63,934 nt of DNA, filler included, from Olpidium bornovanus S191 (GCA_017911155.1; 30 parts of 30 records of this genome joined end to end with filler, not necessarily neighbours in it), one strand, 5' to 3'. Shown: positions 1 to 11,162, numbered from the whole stretch's first letter. Numbers and translations: made by a program. The notes: generated by a model not told the origin, from the letters alone.

Positions 1-404
1 CATGAAGTGGTTGCCAACGGTGAGGGTCCCCTGCCTCCAGTCTATACAAGGGTTCAAGGCTTGCAGCCAGTGCAGACTGAGAAGGACATTGGTCGTGATG
101 GGCGCGACTATGAGCTCTAGCGGATAGTCACACCCATCAAACTTGAGGATGACGTTTGCGTACTCGTCACAGAGAGTGCTGCTCCCGCCGGCAAATTCCA
201 GACGCGTTGTGGGTCCACGGGTCGTCATCCACCCCATCTGTTTGGCGAAGGTGCGCGCCGCCAGCGCCCTTCCGCATCCGCTGTCGGTGGTGACCAGCAC
301 CATTTCGCCATTTAGAGGCAAACGGATGTCAAAAGACTCGTATCCTTCGGCTGGCTCGTAGAGGGGTGACGCGTCGCCAGGATCCGCGTCGCCCTCTAGT
401 TTTT
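1..404 (-). CDS. pol: pol aspartic protease domain in the -1 frame (no ATG, runs off the window)
   Basis: My translation: LEGDADPGDASPLYEPAEGYESFDIRLPLNGEMVLVTTDSGCGRALAARTFAK...NVLLSLHWLQALNPCIDWRQGTLTVGNHFM. It has the DSG triad and the NPxIDW motif of gypsy proteases. Confidence 0.88.
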
Positions 405-1277
405 TGATTTGTTGGGGCACGAAATGGCTATGTGTCCCAACTGCTTGCAGTAGAAACACGCGCCTTTTGCGCGTAATTCTTTTTTCTCGGCATCCTTCGC
501 GTCCATCTGCTTCTCGACCAATTTCCTTCGGTCTCGAAGCTTCTCTTGGATGCGCCGGACGCGCTCCTTTCGCAAGCCTTCGACCTTATCATTTCGCCTT
601 TTCTCTTGAAAGGCGATCTCGTCAAGTTCTTCTGTTTCTTTCACGGCTTCCTCAAATGTCTTGACCTTCATGACGGTGAGGTCGTGTCAGAGCGAAGGCT
701 TTAATCCTCGCTTGTACATCTGCAGTTTGTCTGCTTCTGTCAAGTCAGGGATGCAAGCGGCCAGCCGCTTGAATTTTTCCGTGAACTTCTTTGCCGACCC
801 ACTCTGCTCAAGTTTGTGGAGTTGCGCCCGCGCATTCTCCTCAGCTTGTGGGTCGCGAAAGCGTCGGATGAATTCTTCTTTGAACTCTTCCCATCCGTAT
901 TGACGCGTGAGCGATTGATACCAAATTGCGGCGTCATCTTCCAGCATGGTGCTGAAGGCGGTCCCGCGCTCACGCCCTTCGAGTTTCATTAGGTCGGAGT
1001 ACTTCTCAAAATTGCGCATAAAGGTGCTCAGGACGTGTGGTCGACAGTCCTTGCCGGTAAAGTTCCACATTGAGGAGCGCACGAGCTTGGCAACTGTGCG
1101 CTCTTGTTCCGAGGGCTTCTCGCGTCGTTCCTCCATGCGGGACGCATCTCGAGATGCGGCCATTTCAGCCCGTAGCGCCTCGACTTGCTGGGCCGCAAGG
1201 CGCGTAAAGTATTCTGCGATCTCGGGTGTTATCCCTTGCGGAGTTGAGCCTCGGACGCCAGAAAGTTCACAGGACAT
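396..1277 (-). pseudogene. gag: gag with in-frame TGA at 689..687
   Basis: ORFs 687..1277 and 396..671 are in one frame, separated by PSL*HDLTV. Confidence 0.85.
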
Positions 1278-1286
1278 GATTTTCCG

Positions 1287-1347
<61 letters not shown>

Positions 1348-1373
1348 GCCCCCCCCCCCGCCCCCCCCCCGGC

Positions 1374-1473
1374 NNNNNNNNNNNNNNNNNNNNNNNNNNN
1401 NNNNNNNNNNNNNNNNNTTAATTAATTAANNNNNNNNNNNNNNNNNNNNNNNNNNNNNNNNNNNNNNNNNNNN
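1374..1473. other. Artificial contig spacer (first of 29)
   Basis: 44 N + TTAATTAATTAA (stops in all six frames) + 44 N. The same 100-bp spacer starts at 3087, 4311, 5422, 7014, 8719, 11326, 12911, 14544, 15769, 17193, 19195, 21808, 23487, 29133, 30732, 33631, 34963, 36767, 40698, 44054, 45245, 48088, 49446, 54788, 56459, 57887, 61107 and 62792. Confidence 0.99.
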
Positions 1474-1477
1474 AGAA

Positions 1478-1540
<63 letters not shown>

Positions 1541-1570
1541 ATGAGAGAGAGAATGAGCAGAGAGAGAGAG
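1474..1570. repeat. (AG)n microsatellite
   Basis: Direct reading. A (CA)n/(CACG)n tract follows at about 1698-1780. Confidence 0.95.
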
Positions 1571-2440
1571 AGGCTGGAGCGAAGGGTGATCGAGCCGCAT
1601 GTTGCAAAAATCCCAATTCCCCCCACTTACTTGCCAGAGCAACGCACGGTGGGGACCACCTTCTTTCTTCTCCCTCACGCCCGGCTGCTACTTTCGCACG
1701 CACACACACACACACACACAGACACACACACACGCTCACACACGCTCACGCACCACGCACCACGCACGCACGCGCGCGCACTCGCTCGCTCGCTCGGCCT
1801 TGCTTAACGCAGAAATCGACAGTCAAATCGTTTTTTTTTTTCCTTTTTTTGTTTTTTTTTTCTTCTTTTTCTTCTTCTTCTGCTTTTTCTGCCCTCCCGA
1901 GTCCCTCCCGGGCCTCAACCGGAATATCCCGCGGGTCGTTGTCTCGCTTAAGCGGCCAGGGAACCCACCACCACCCCGCTCACAGCCCGGCCTGGACGGC
2001 TGCTGCTGTTATCCCCGGTCAAAGAGGGAGGGCTAGCGGCGGCCTCCGACTTCGATAAACGAGCGGTAGGCAGGTCCCCGCATCCAACGCATTCTCTCCC
2101 CGTTCCCCAGCGAGACAAAAGAAGGATAATCCCCCTCACGGCGATGCAGTGCGCTGATCGGCCCCGCATGCCGAGCTGTTTGTCGGCTTCCGCGAACCGA
2201 TTCGCCCAGATCACCCCCTTTCCCTCTCTTCCCGCCCTGATGGACAGACACTGCGTCAACTTGAGTTGGTGGTGTGCGCATGTCCTAACGGGACCTTTCC
2301 TGCCTACCGAACAGCAACGGAATGTAGGACAGAGATTCTGCAAGCGGAAACCAAAAACCAGATCCAGAAAGAAGCGTATCCCGTCCGCCCGCACACGGTT
2401 TCAACCTGCAAACTTATAATTTGCACCCGAGCTTGACAAG

Positions 2441-3086
2441 ATGCCGGCGCAGCTGTCGCTTAAGGTGCACGTGGCGGACATGGGGACCACCAAGACCATG
2501 CAGGTAAGATTCGTCAGGTTTGGGGGGCCGAGGGGCTAAGTTGGACACTTGTTCGAACCCTGAAAGGGACCCCGCTCGACACGCCACAGTTCCCCTCGGA
2601 CATGAGTATCCACGACGCATGTCACGACATCCGACAGAAGCTCGGAGAGGGCGGCGGCGGCGTGGATCACGGGCTCTTTTGGCCGGAACACCTCAAATGG
2701 CTCGCCCCTGGAAGGACGTTTGAGTACTACGACATGAAGTCCGGTGAGAACCTGGATTTTAAAAAGCGTCACCGTCTCCTTCGAGTCAAGACGACCGACG
2801 AGACGCTCAAGACCATCATCATCGACGAGACCCTCACGGTTGCAGAGCTGGTCATGGCCATCTGCGAACGAATCGGTAACCCCGGAGAGTTGCCGGGGGG
2901 CAACTTGGGCGGCACGGGCCCCAGATCGAAAAAAGCCGGCTGACACCTTTTTTTTGGTGGGGGGGGGGGTGGGGTATTTCAGGCATCGCCAACCCGGAGG
3001 AATACTCGCTGATGCCGGAACTCGGCGCCAGCCTCGGAACCGCCAAAGAAGGCACCATAAAGAAAAAGGGCGCGAAAGAATATGAG
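2441..3086 (+). CDS. TLN: Talin, N-terminal FERM F0-F1 (partial; exons 2441-2503, 2590-2875, 2983-contig end)
   Basis: Spliced MPAQLSLKVHVADMGTTKTMQ|FPSDMSIHDACHDIRQK...YYDMKSGENLDFKKRHRLLRVKTTDETLKTIIIDETLTVAELVMAICERIG|IANPEEYSL parallels the talin N-terminus. Both introns are GT-AG. Confidence 0.9.
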
Positions 3087-3186
3087 NNNNNNNNNNNNNN
3101 NNNNNNNNNNNNNNNNNNNNNNNNNNNNNNTTAATTAATTAANNNNNNNNNNNNNNNNNNNNNNNNNNNNNNNNNNNNNNNNNNNN

Positions 3187-3619
3187 CATGTACTTCCCAA
3201 TGGCGGAACTTCTGATCCTGAACGGCGCCGACCCGCTCGCAGTAATCGACCCGGCGACGGGATTCACGGCCTTTCACTGGTTGTGCCAGTCGGACCTGCG
3301 GGAGGCGACGTACTACCTCCTGACCAAAACCGGCGACCTGGACCCAGTCAAGGCTGCGCGTGACAACAGCGGTCGAGCGCCCGCCGACCTTGGTTGCGCG
3401 GAAGTGTTCGAGCAGTACGCCGCCGCGTGCGAAACCGAGAGGAGGAGGAAGGCCGAAGGAGGCGCAAAAGAGTGGCAAACGGTGAAGGAAAAGCCTGCCG
3501 CCGTCTCCCACGAGGAGATGACGCACGCAGCCCCACTAGCCGCCCTCGCGAAACGCAGTCCTCCTGGGAGGGCGACCCGAAAGCTTTTTGGAACGTGGGA
3601 CCCAGAAAAGCGGGCGTAA
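3187..3619 (+). CDS. Ankyrin-repeat protein, C-terminal part
   Basis: AELLILNGADP, GFTAFHWLC and RDNSGRAPADL are ankyrin-like motifs. Confidence 0.7.
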
Positions 3620-4414
3620 GGAAAGAGAAATTCCGATGACATTCTGCTTCTTCGAAATGCGGATACCAATTTAGACGGGAACGTTGTGCTGGAGACCGTC
3701 GTGATCCGCGATTGTACGATCCTGTGCGGCCGGCTGGAGTACATCACGAAACGGCCCGCCGTGTGGCCAAGATGTAACACCAGAAGGGAGGGTTTTTCTC
3801 GCCGAGGGATTTGATGTGTGTCGCTCAAGTCACATCCGGAAGATTTGTTGTCCCCTCTCGTAAGCTTTTGTCTGCATTCGAGTTCCATCCGGGAAGTCGG
3901 ATGGATGTTGGACGCAGACGCTGTTGGTTTTGCGGACCCTGGAATCCCTGGAATATAAGGGTGGCGGTCACGACGTCCCGCGGAGACGGTGGGGGAGTGC
4001 AGGCACGACGAACCCCACGATTCGATAATTCTCACGCTCGATTCAAAAAAACAATTGATTCTTGACTTTGACGGTGCTGGGTGTTTACCTCCTTTTAAAC
4101 ATACGTTTTAAAGGGGATTTCCTGGTGTCTGTAAGATTGCGAATAAGACATCCGTAGGCCCTCCAAATAGGATGCCCGCAGTGGGTGGACATGTCAGACA
4201 CTTTCCTAACGTAAAACAGGGAAAAAAACCCCCTAACCAAAACCCAGAACGCCCACGCCGCCTGACGCACCCCTTCATTAGACACAACACCCTGACAGAA
4301 ACGCAATATCNNNNNNNNNNNNNNNNNNNNNNNNNNNNNNNNNNNNNNNNNNNNTTAATTAATTAANNNNNNNNNNNNNNNNNNNNNNNNNNNNNNNNNN
4401 NNNNNNNNNNCGCC

Positions 4415-4500
4415 GGCGCGGGCGCAGCATCGGGCGGCGGCGGCGGCGCGGGCGCAGCATCGGGCGGCGGCGGCGCGGGCGCAGCATCGGGCGGCGACGC
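4415..4500. repeat. GC-rich 27-30 bp tandem repeat (3 copies)
   Basis: GGCGCGGGCGCAGCATCGGGCGGC repeated. Confidence 0.85.
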
Positions 4501-4612
4501 GGGCACGCCAGGTGTGCCCGGGAGGGCAAGCGGGGTGCGGCGGAAATCGACGGCAGGGGTCGCGCGCGCGCGACCCGCGGGCAGCTCCTAAATGACAGTG
4601 GAAAAGGCACGA

Positions 4613-4825
4613 GGGGCGAAACAAGTGCAGCACCGGGAGTCAAGTCCAGCAAGTTGGGGCGAAACAAGCCCAGCACCGGGAGTCAAGTGCAGCACCGGAG
4701 TTGGGGCGAAACAAGCCCAGCACCGGGAGTCAAGTGCAGCACCGGAGTTGGGGCGAAACAAGTCCAGCACCGGGAGTCAAGTCCAGCAAGTTGGGGCGAA
4801 ACAAGTCCAGCACCGGGACAAGTGC
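4613..4825. repeat. 43-47 bp minisatellite (about 5 copies)
   Basis: Unit GGGGCGAAACAAG(T/C)(C/G)CAGCACCGGGAGTCAAGT(C/G)CAGCA...GTT. Confidence 0.9.
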
Positions 4826-4899
4826 TTACCTCGCGTTCTTGCTCAAGGTAAGCGGAAAAGGTGCCGGGGGCAGCGGCGTGCAGTCTGGAGTACGTCTCG

Positions 4900-5400
4900 T
4901 CAACCAGGTCGAGGATCTCCTTTTTTTTCGAGGTAGCTTTTCAAATGCTCTGTGGCGGCGATATCGTGCTCCAGCCGTGCCAGGAGTTCCTCTCGTTTTT
5001 CCTGGCCGGCGAGCCGCCAGAAGTCGACTGAGCCGACGGTTCCTTCGTCTGGCGTCGAATGGGCCGTGATAAGCACGCCGGCACCGACGCGCGCCGCGAG
5101 CTCGCAAAGGAATCCGCCGACCACGCGGAGGTGGGACATCTCCGATGAGGAGGGCACCCTGCCGCGGCGGATTTTGTATATGTCACCGACGACTTTATTC
5201 ACCTTAAGTCGGAAAGCGGTGGACCTGGCTGTAAATCGGACTGGGGATCTGACGGTCCGGCAAATCAACTTAACCCGACTTACCGCGGAGACCACGGTCA
5301 GGTACGACATCGTCGCTTGCATGTCCTCGTCTTTGCAGATTTTCTTCACAGAAAGCCCGCCCGTCGGGCCGAAGAAGGACCAGTCGTCTGTTCTATTACT
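4900..5400 (-). CDS. Hypothetical protein exon(s)
   Basis: Open frame with protein-like composition (DDWSFFGPTGGLSVKKICKDEDMQ...EKREELLARLEHDIAATEHLK). No family recognised. Confidence 0.35.
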   Translation of the reverse strand, partial: SNRTDDWSFFGPTGGLSVKKICKDEDMQATMSYLTVVSAVSRVKLICRTVRSPVRFTARSTAFRLKVNKVVGDIYKIRRGRVPSSSEMSHLRVVGGFLCELAARVGAGVLITAHSTPDEGTVGSVDFWRLAGQEKREELLARLEHDIAATEHLKSYLEKKGDPRPG

Positions 5401-5521
5401 GTAATTCGCGGCGGAGCACTANNNNNNNNNNNNNNNNNNNNNNNNNNNNNNNNNNNNNNNNNNNNTTAATTAATTAANNNNNNNNNNNNNNNNNNNNNNN
5501 NNNNNNNNNNNNNNNNNNNNN

Positions 5522-5790
5522 ACCGCCGGAACGCTTCGCGCAGCCTTTCCTTCGCCCGCACCCACGTCATCCCCATCGTTAGTTCACGGACCTGTTCTTC
5601 AAAATCTTCGTTTACCGTCAGCTCGAACTGCGGCGCGATGTCCGCGTCCGCCAAGTAAAGCGGCTTCATAGCTACTTCGAACCGCCGCAGGTATCTGTAA
5701 CGTTACGTTGGTCGAAGCGCCCCTCCGTAGCAACAATCGCTTGTATTGCCCCCCGAATCTCCGAGGTACGCATCTGGATAACCAGGTGAT
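5522..5790 (-). pseudogene. Degenerate gypsy-type gag fragment
   Basis: EGRFDQRNVT/RYLRRFEVAMK with a 1-nt frameshift near 5697. It resembles the FxGxNVTxFLxxFE gag motif. Confidence 0.45.
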
Positions 5791-7380
5791 GCACCCCAAC
5801 GTCGCCCATCGCGTCGACCGTTTCGGCCCTCGGTCTCGCCGCCATTGATCACCGCTCTCGCAGATTGCCCTTGTTACCTTTCGGTCTTACCCGCAATCCT
5901 GCCCGGGAGCGCCAATTTGTCGAGATCAAAAACGCCTTGCTGGGGCCCTCTCGTCGTCGGGGAGAGCAGGGCAGAGGGCAATTGATGGGATGGAGGATAG
6001 GATGGCAGGTTGCGGAACCGAACCCGCTGGGGGCTTGCACGTAACAGAAGGGGGGGGTTGCGAAAGAGGGCAGGACGAGGGGGGGCGGAACGCTTCTTCT
6101 TCAAAAGACGCAAAAGAACCAGCACGCGGACGGACACTTCTACTCCTGGGCCGACGGCACAGGGAATGCTCGAAACTTAACTCCTTCGACTCCGGGCTGC
6201 CCGACGGCAGTTTTTCGACTCCGACCCCTCTCCTCCGAATGCCCGACGGCAATTTTCGACTTCGCTCTCTTTTCTTTTGACGTTGAGGGAATTTTTACGT
6301 AGCAGTAGAAACGTGGACGAAGAAAAGAAAAAAAGGGGAAGAAGAAAATTCAAAACAAAAGGGTCGAAAGGAAAAGCAATTGATTTAAGCAAAAGGAAAA
6401 TGCGATTGATCTAAGCAAGTCGACCCCCCTACGGGAAGGGAAATCGATGGACTCTATCCAATAGCAAGGCGTCGATCCAGCGGGGAACCATTTGGGCACC
6501 GACACCGGTGCACAATGTCCAGTATTGCGGTTTCAGTACTGGTGTCGGGCTCAAAAATATTCCACAATATTCCGGAAGCCACAGCGTGGTGGGAATTCGC
6601 CGATTTTACGGCTTTACCGCCACTACGCTGGCACGCACTATACACACCGCTCTCGTTCTTGGTTTAGATCTGGATCTGGAGGTCACGTGACGTCATGACT
6701 AGACACCGGTGTGTCTAGTGGTCTTGGCGATTCCAAGGTCACGTGATTGGTGCTTGGCGGGCTGCCCCCGAGAGGGGTTTGACGCAGCCGAGAGTCTCGA
6801 TCATTCCCCCAGAAGCGCGATGCTGCTGCTGTGTGCACACTGCTAGGCAGAGCACTGTCACTTCCCTTTAGCCAAAAGATTTGTGAAGCAAACATGTCAC
6901 GTGTTGTGCATTCTGGCCAAATGACCTCACAGTAATTGAGAGCCTTCTCCAAAGTCTGTAATTCGAGGAGCTGATTCTGCACAAGCATTGGGTACAATAG
7001 GCTTGCAACTGACNNNNNNNNNNNNNNNNNNNNNNNNNNNNNNNNNNNNNNNNNNNNTTAATTAATTAANNNNNNNNNNNNNNNNNNNNNNNNNNNNNNN
7101 NNNNNNNNNNNNNAAAGCGTTCCCCCCCCCCCCCCATCATCTCGTCATCCCTGCAACTTTCCCGTCCCATCATGCATGTTCTCCCGCGGTGCTCCTCGGG
7201 TCATTCTTTCCTTCTCGCGTCACGCCGTCATCCGTTGGTGCGGCGGCCGCCACCCATCCTCCTGCGCTTCACGGACACGATGGGACGCGTCGGCCGTCGC
7301 CTTTATGCGCCACGGCCTTCGGTTGCGCGTCGACCGCCATCTTCTCGCGCCACGGGCATAGATTGAACGTGGCAGGCGTC

Positions 7381-7515
7381 ATCTGCGCGGCCCCGATGGC
7401 GGCCGTCATCTGCGCGGCCCCGATAGCGGCCGTCATCTGCGCGGCCCCGATTGGCGGCCGCCATCTGCGCGGTCCCGATGGCGGCCGTCATCTGCGCGAC
7501 CCTGATGGCGGCCGC
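7381..7515. repeat. 27-bp minisatellite (5 copies)
   Basis: ATCTGCGCGGCCCCGATGGCGGCCGTC at about 7381, 7408, 7435, 7463 and 7490. Confidence 0.92.
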
Positions 7516-7649
7516 GGCAGTGCCTCCTTTTCCCTAACTGCCGGTAGAACAAAAACTGCCTTAAGAAAACCAAAACGGTCCAGTTTCTCAAAACCCTGTG
7601 TGTTCTTGCGTTTTCAATTTTTTTTTTTTCGCGTTTCACAGAACGTTCG

Positions 7650-8336
7650 GCGTCACGACGAACAATATCTTTACCTACGTGTCGGCGAGCACTGCGCAGT
7701 GGGATGGCAAGGATAACGCGTTCAACAAACTTTCCGGCGAGGTGCAGGATGTGGCTCGCGGCCACGACCTCGCCCTATACGATTCGCTGATGCGCATCGT
7801 TAGGGACTGCCCGCGGAATCTCAAGTATAAGGTGTTTATCCAGACGCCTCAAAACTATCGCATAAGAGAGTTTGCGTCATTGCCGAGGAGTGATAGGCAG
7901 CCTAACTTACACCGCCGAATCCATTGTCCACCAGAAACACCGGCCGGAAATGATCTTCTTCGTTGTCGGCGCGGACAACGCATCAAAGGCCACGCTCGAG
8001 CAGCTGTCCGAGGCCCTCTCAAACCCGCGCACTGCTGCGGGAGGATTACACGTGACGGTCATTGACGCATCAGACGGCGGCAATGCCGAACTTAAGGACG
8101 TGCTCGACAAGATCCCGCACTGTTCGTACTTCCCGTGCAAGGCTGAAAAGTCCGAGGTTAAGAAAGCTTTTGACGCCTGCAAAAAGGAGTTCAAGAGCCG
8201 CGTGCGCGCAGCCGCCGCTATTGGAGGATCCTCGGGCGCCGAGCCGGCTGCGGAAGATGCCGACGAGGAGGAGGTTAAGGTCAAGCCCGCGAAGGCCAAA
8301 GGAGGGAAGAAGAAGAAGGAGGCGGAGGCTGCGTAA
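7650..8336 (+). CDS. Hypothetical protein, C-terminal exons (possible vWA-like alpha/beta fold, Lys-rich tail)
   Basis: Two protein-like open frames, 7650-7860 and about 7930-8336 (MIFFVVGADN...LHVTVIDASDGG). The stop is TAA at 8336. Confidence 0.55.
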
Positions 8337-9099
8337 AAGCAAAATGGATATTTCCAAAAACCGCGGCTCCGCCGCTGCCGCCACCGCGCGCTGTTTGTGT
8401 TTCATTTTTCAATTTCTCTTTGCGCACGCTTCTGTTACCTCCCTCTCGGGTTCGCGTTCAGACGCACCCACTCTCAAACGCGCAATTTGTCCCGCGAAAA
8501 AAATAAAACGAATTTGTCCACAAGGCCGGGTGCACGGCGAACGACGCGGTCGTGAAATTTTTTTTGTTGATGGCTCTAGGGTCATGAATTTTTCGTTCAT
8601 GGTTCTGGTATCTCCCGTACGCGCGACACTCGGATCTCGCGAATCGAGTATAGTTGTCCTTTACGTGGGATGTTGAATCACATAGAACGGCGAGCCGACA
8701 CTTAAATTTACATCCAGCNNNNNNNNNNNNNNNNNNNNNNNNNNNNNNNNNNNNNNNNNNNNTTAATTAATTAANNNNNNNNNNNNNNNNNNNNNNNNNN
8801 NNNNNNNNNNNNNNNNNNCCCCCACACACACACATAAAAAAATCACCCATTGTTCACCCGCTTTCTCCCCTTCTCTTCCTCTCACACCCCTCTCCCCCAT
8901 CACCCCGGGGAGCACCACGGCGGATGTTTTTTCCCCATGTAGTTTTCGAAAGAAACTCGCGGCCCGTAAGGAAGAAAGGGGAGGGAAAAAAAAAACAAGG
9001 AAACGGGCGGAGGGTGTATATAAATACATGTGGAAGAGGAAGTAGCTGAGAGAATAAAATACAAGTGGGGAAAATATGGAGAAAATCAAACTAAAGGGG

Positions 9100-9570
9100 A
9101 TAGATAATATTATAATGCAATGGCCACAGGGTGCTGGCTAAGGACGCCGAAGGGGCGCAAATGCTGGTCACCACCGCCCAGGGGCTACCGTGTTACCTAT
9201 GCCAGGGCGATGGAGCTGGTGACAGTTGCAGCCCCCCAGGCCAGCGTTCCTGCCGGACCGCCGCTAGCTTCATCGGTACGGTAGCCCCCGAGGCACTGGG
9301 ACCCAGCGGCCAAACATTGGGCCGACAGGGAATAGATAATACTATATAATGCAATAGGCACAGGGCGCTGTCGATAGACTCCGAAAAGCGCAAATGCTGG
9401 CCACCAGCGCCCAGCAGCTACCGTGGTACCTGAGAAATGCTGCCGCGATTAAGCTGGCGACAGTTGCAGCCACCCAGGCTAGCGTTCCGGCCTCTTTTGA
9501 GCCGAAGCTGGGGGCCGCCGCCAGCTCCATCACCGCTACGGTAGCCCCCGAGACGCTGGGCGCCAGCAGC
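9100..9570. repeat. Diverged tandem duplication, period about 232 bp
   Basis: ATAGATAAT..ATAATGCAAT..CACAGGG..GCGCAAATGCTGG..GACAGTTGCAGCC..ACGGTAGCCCCCGAG occur in order at both 9100-9310 and 9332-9570. Confidence 0.85.
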
Positions 9571-10017
9571 AAAAAAAAAAAAACAAACACTCGGCGCCGC
9601 CGCGTACCACGCCGCCCGACATCTCCAGTCCCGCGCGAGCCTCCGCCGGCGGGACGCGCGCAGGGCGACGGACATAAACGCAACACGGCGTTCTCTGTCT
9701 GCCGAGAGCGCTGCAACGCCGCTGTAAACGTCAGCTTGGGAAAACTCGCCCGCCTGGTTTACATTTGCCTTTTTGATTTTGTGTTGCGGCCCCTGTCCTA
9801 CATCCATGACCTGTCAATTATACGGTGCCGTTACGTGGGGCTCACCCAAAGCGCCCCTTCCCGCACCGGGCCGTGGGTGACAAGGACGGCATCAATGCAC
9901 ACATCGGGTGAGACTCCCGTTTTCTGGTTCCCCCCCCCCCGCATTTTGCAATAGTCGTCCACGCCGAAATCTTTTCTTTCTTTCTTTTTATTCAGCGTTT
10001 TCCTTTTTCCGTTCGCT

Positions 10018-11162
10018 TCACCCAGTATTGTACGGTTCCAGCAGTTCCAGAGCCTTCCGCAAGTTCTCGACCGCGGTTTTCACGTCATCGTACTGAAGGG
10101 CGGAGATGACGAACCGCGCGTGCTTCGAGGCGACCGCGATGACTGGGTGGTCGAGGATTGGCGGAGGGACGGACGGCGCCGCGAACCCGGACGGCGAGGA
10201 GTAGGAGGGCTTCATGCCGCCCCCGGGTGCGGCCGCTGGCCTCGCGTAGCTGGCCGGGGCCGGCGGCGGGTACGACGCACTCTTGGAAGACCGCGGTTGC
10301 GGCGAGTACGGAGCAGCCCAGCCCACGGGCGGCGCGCCGTAAATGTGGGACAAGGGAGGAGGGCCGGTCGGTGGCAGCTGCGACGTCGGCGGGTCCTGGC
10401 GCTGTTGGCAGTGAGGAGGCCGGTACTGCTGTTGGTCGAACGCCGGTGGATCCGAGAGATGTGCTGCCGTCGTAGCGTTCTGCTGCCACTGGCCCGGCGA
10501 AACCACCGGCGTTGTCGGAGCCGCGGGAAAATTCTGCATGTCCAACGTGTCCCCTGCAGCGGGCGCCGCCGTCGCCGCGGGATGGGGCTGGTCGTATCCC
10601 GGCGCGGGGAACACGCCGTCTGGGCCCGCTCCTCCTGGCTCCCCCACCGGAGGCTGGTTCTGCTGCTCCTCTTGCTCCTGCTCTCCGCCGGGAGGGCCCG
10701 GCGCTGGTTTCCGGCCCTCGCGCAAGCATTTCATGATGTCCATCGCCTTCCACTTTGCGTACTTGATCTTCTCCTCCACCTCCGAGTCCACTTCGCCGAA
10801 CGTTTTCAGCACATCCAGGAAAACGGACGCGGCGAGGAAAGTTTTCGCCGTCTTCCTGACGACAAAATTTGGCGATACCAGGCCCGGTCGCCGTCAGCGC
10901 GGGAGCATCCCGAAAACGTCGTAAACTGATCGACCGCAGAAAGCCCTGCTACAGATTCGGCTTTTGCGCCGTCTCCCCCCCCCTCCCCCCTTCCTCCCGT
11001 GAGAGTTTGCGGACAACAAGTCGCACTTCCTCACTTTGTCGCCAGCCCCTGCCGGTCCTCGTTATCCGCGTTCAGAAAGATTCTGAGAGCAAAGTTCTCG
11101 ATCCGAGCGTACGCGACCGTGTCGTTTGTGACGGCCTCGTTCCCGGCGAGGGGTTTCTTTTC
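10018..11162 (-). CDS. VTA1: Vta1/LIP5, Vps4 cofactor of ESCRT (partial 5')
   Basis: IENFALRIFLNADNEDRQG, KTAKTFLAASVFLDVL, KIKYAKWKA, a Pro-rich linker and the C-terminal VSL domain ASKHARFVISALQYDDVKTAVENLRKALELL. Confidence 0.93.

Larger units (their letters stand above)
1..1277 (-). mobile_element. Ty3/gypsy LTR retrotransposon, gag plus start of pol (fragment)
   Basis: Gag capsid-like ORF 1277..687 continues in the same frame to a CCHC knuckle (CFYCKQLGHIAISC) ending at TAG 398..396. A protease frame (VTTDSGCG...LHWLQALNPCIDWRQG) is open from about 404 to 1. Confidence 0.92.

Noticed and set aside
1418-1429. Recurrent TTAATTAATTAA palindrome, and ORFs ending in X...LIN
   Set aside because: It is an artificial spacer. 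ORFs crossing the Ns are not real.
4613-4825. CRISPR-like look of the 43-47 bp and 27 bp arrays
   Set aside because: No unique spacers, no cas genes, and a eukaryotic context.
6470-6495. Possible PBS (TGGTTCCCCGC) for the gag relic
   Set aside because: Only a loose match to a tRNA 3' end, and the LTR boundary cannot be defined.
10085-10929. Long overlapping and antisense ORFs over Vta1, URB1, CFAP58, the M20 peptidase and others
   Set aside because: These are expected shadows of GC-rich coding DNA, with Arg/Pro/Gly-rich translations and no motifs.
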